Below, one piece after another: positions 35,558-36,945 of a stretch of 36,945 nucleotides of DNA; the first letter of the stretch is position 1; the number at the start of each line of letters is the position of its first letter. The notes beneath the pieces are model-generated. The model did not search any database and was not told the DNA's origin. It saw only the letters and a list, made by a program, of their open reading frames with translations. The DNA comes from a virus. Taxonomy: Duplodnaviria; Caudoviricetes. The stretch is taken from positions 1-36,945 of IMG/VR virus record IMGVR_UViG_3300001347_000019; one strand, written 5' to 3'. A program made the translations under genes and the position numbers.

Positions 35558-36945
35558 ATGGCTACTAAAAAAGAAATAGAAGAGAGTAATAAACTTTTAA
35601 GAGAACAGAATGAACTCTTAAAAAAAAACCGTCTCATCACAGAGGAGAGTCTAGACGATACCCGTGAGTTAGCAAATATACTACGAGATCAAACTAAAGA
35701 GATAGAATTTCAAGTATCTGAAAAAAACCAACTAAGATCTATCGGTAATAGTTTAAATAAACTTGCACAAGATTCATTTAATATTACAAACGATGAATTA
35801 GCAGATCTCGGAACATCCAAAAAACTATTAGAATTTCAGAAAAAACTTAAAAAAGATGTCCTTGGTTTAGAATCCCTGAGAGGTAAGTTAATAGCAGCCG
35901 AACCGAAATTACAGGTAGAAATTAATAGAAATATTAAGGCTCAAATCGCATCTGCTGAAGACCTTGAAGCACAGTTAACAAAACAAGTAGAATTAACACA
36001 AAAGATTAATAAAAATTCTAGTGTTAAAGCATTCGCCGGTTTAGAAGATCTTGTTAAAGCCATACCGGGTCTTAGAAAATTCTCAGAACCTTTTCAAGAA
36101 GCATCAAAAGCAGCAAGAAATGCAGCGTTAAGCAATTTAAAATCTATAAAACAGGTGAGCGTATTAGGCGCCGGATTTAGAGCATTAGGACCTGCCTTGA
36201 TGAAATCACTTGGCCCGATAGGGTTACTAGGATTGGCAATAAATTTTATTGTAGATCTATTGATCGCTGCTGATGAAAATACAACTAATATTGCCAAGAA
36301 CTTAGGAATATCAAAATCAGCAGCAGAAGAATTACGTTTGGAGTTTGTTGAAATCGCAAGAGAGAATAACAACCTTCTGGTAACTTCAACATCTCTAATA
36401 GCAGCCCAAGGTGAATTAACTCAAGCTTTAGGTGCAACAACTAGAGAATCTAAAAACTTATCCGAAAATCAAGTTTTTCTTACTAAAAATTTAGGAATAG
36501 CAGGAGATAAAGCAGCTTTTATGCAGCTAATGTTTGCAGCCACAAATCAAAACGTGGATTCTGTAATAGACAGTACTCTTAATTTCGCAAGGGCACAAGG
36601 AATAGCAAACGGGTACTTAATAACAGGAGAAAGCATACTAGCAGAAATAGCCACCACATCAGCTGAAATCTCAGGCTATTACGGATTTAATAATATAGCA
36701 TTAGCAAAAGCAGTTTATACCGCAAGACAGTTTGGATTAACTTTAATGCAAACCCAAAGCATTAGTAAAGGACTTCTTGATTTTGAATCTTCAATTTCTA
36801 ACGAATTAGAAGCAGAATTAATATCCGGTAAGGCACTAAACTTTGAAAAAGCTAGAATGCTAGCACTCCAAGGAGATTCTGCAGGAGCTGCAGCCGAAGT
36901 TTTAAAACAAGCCCAAGCTCTTACAACCGAGCAAAGAAAAAACCC
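35558..36945 (+). CDS. Tail tape measure protein, 3'-truncated by the window (absent from the ORF track)
   Basis: MATKKEIEESNKLLREQNELL... appears open to the window end. Helical, A/L/E/K-rich, with LLDFESSISNELEAELISGKALNFEKARMLALQGD; position after sheath, tube and chaperone fits. Confidence 0.85.
   Translation, partial: MATKKEIEESNKLLREQNELLKKNRLITEESLDDTRELANILRDQTKEIEFQVSEKNQLRSIGNSLNKLAQDSFNITNDELADLGTSKKLLEFQKKLKKDVLGLESLRGKLIAAEPKLQVEINRNIKAQIASAEDLEAQLTKQVELTQKINKNSSVKAFAGLEDLVKAIPGLRKFSEPFQEASKAARNAALSNLKSIKQVSVLGAGFRALGPALMKSLGPIGLLGLAINFIVDLLIAADENTTNIAKNLGISKSAAEELRLEFVEIARENNNLLVTSTSLIAAQGELTQALGATTRESKNLSENQVFLTKNLGIAGDKAAFMQLMFAATNQNVDSVIDSTLNFARAQGIANGYLITGESILAEIATTSAEISGYYGFNNIALAKAVYTARQFGLTLMQTQSISKGLLDFESSISNELEAELISGKALNFEKARMLALQGDSAGAAAEVLKQAQALTTEQRKN

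Noticed and set aside
36094-36372. 92-aa minus-strand ORF
   Set aside because: Antisense to the tape measure frame that runs from 35558 to the window end.
1-36945. Stop-codon reassignment, as in some large phages
   Set aside because: Genes are intact and tightly packed under the standard code, and TAA, TAG and TGA all occur as stops at gene boundaries.
1-36945. tRNA, rRNA, introns, inteins, transposases or integrases
   Set aside because: None recognised; intergenic spaces are short and AT-rich, and no such motifs were seen in the ORFs.

Overview
AT-rich, densely coding segment of a large tailed dsDNA phage with a contractile tail (myovirus-like). The lack of Shine-Dalgarno sites suggests a Bacteroidota host (inference). 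The left end (1-5994) holds two repeat-rich tail-fibre genes, each with a C-terminal peptidase-S74 chaperone, plus two small genes. The right end (32165-36945) holds tail sheath, tail tube, a gp26-like assembly protein and the 5' part of the tape measure gene. Between them is a ~26 kb glycan synthesis and tailoring island. It encodes GT2-like and other GT-like proteins, two GT7 enzymes with an inserted LamG domain, a methyltransferase, three radical SAM enzymes, a PLP enzyme/kinase/nucleotidyltransferase trio and three SGNH-like proteins. An opposite-strand block adds RmlC, three SDRs, minimal ThDP E1-alpha/beta subunits and a 2OG oxygenase. Best hypothesis: a late-expressed, phage-encoded virion-glycosylation system that makes a branched, decorated sugar. 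Other notable signals are a +1/-2 frameshift site joining the gp26-like gene to an unannotated ORF, a recurring TATTTAT(A/T) promoter-like motif, [ST]-[GA]-S clustering in surface proteins, a shared C-terminal x-[KT]-L-I tail and a frameshifted gene remnant. All family calls come from motif recognition by eye; no searches were run.
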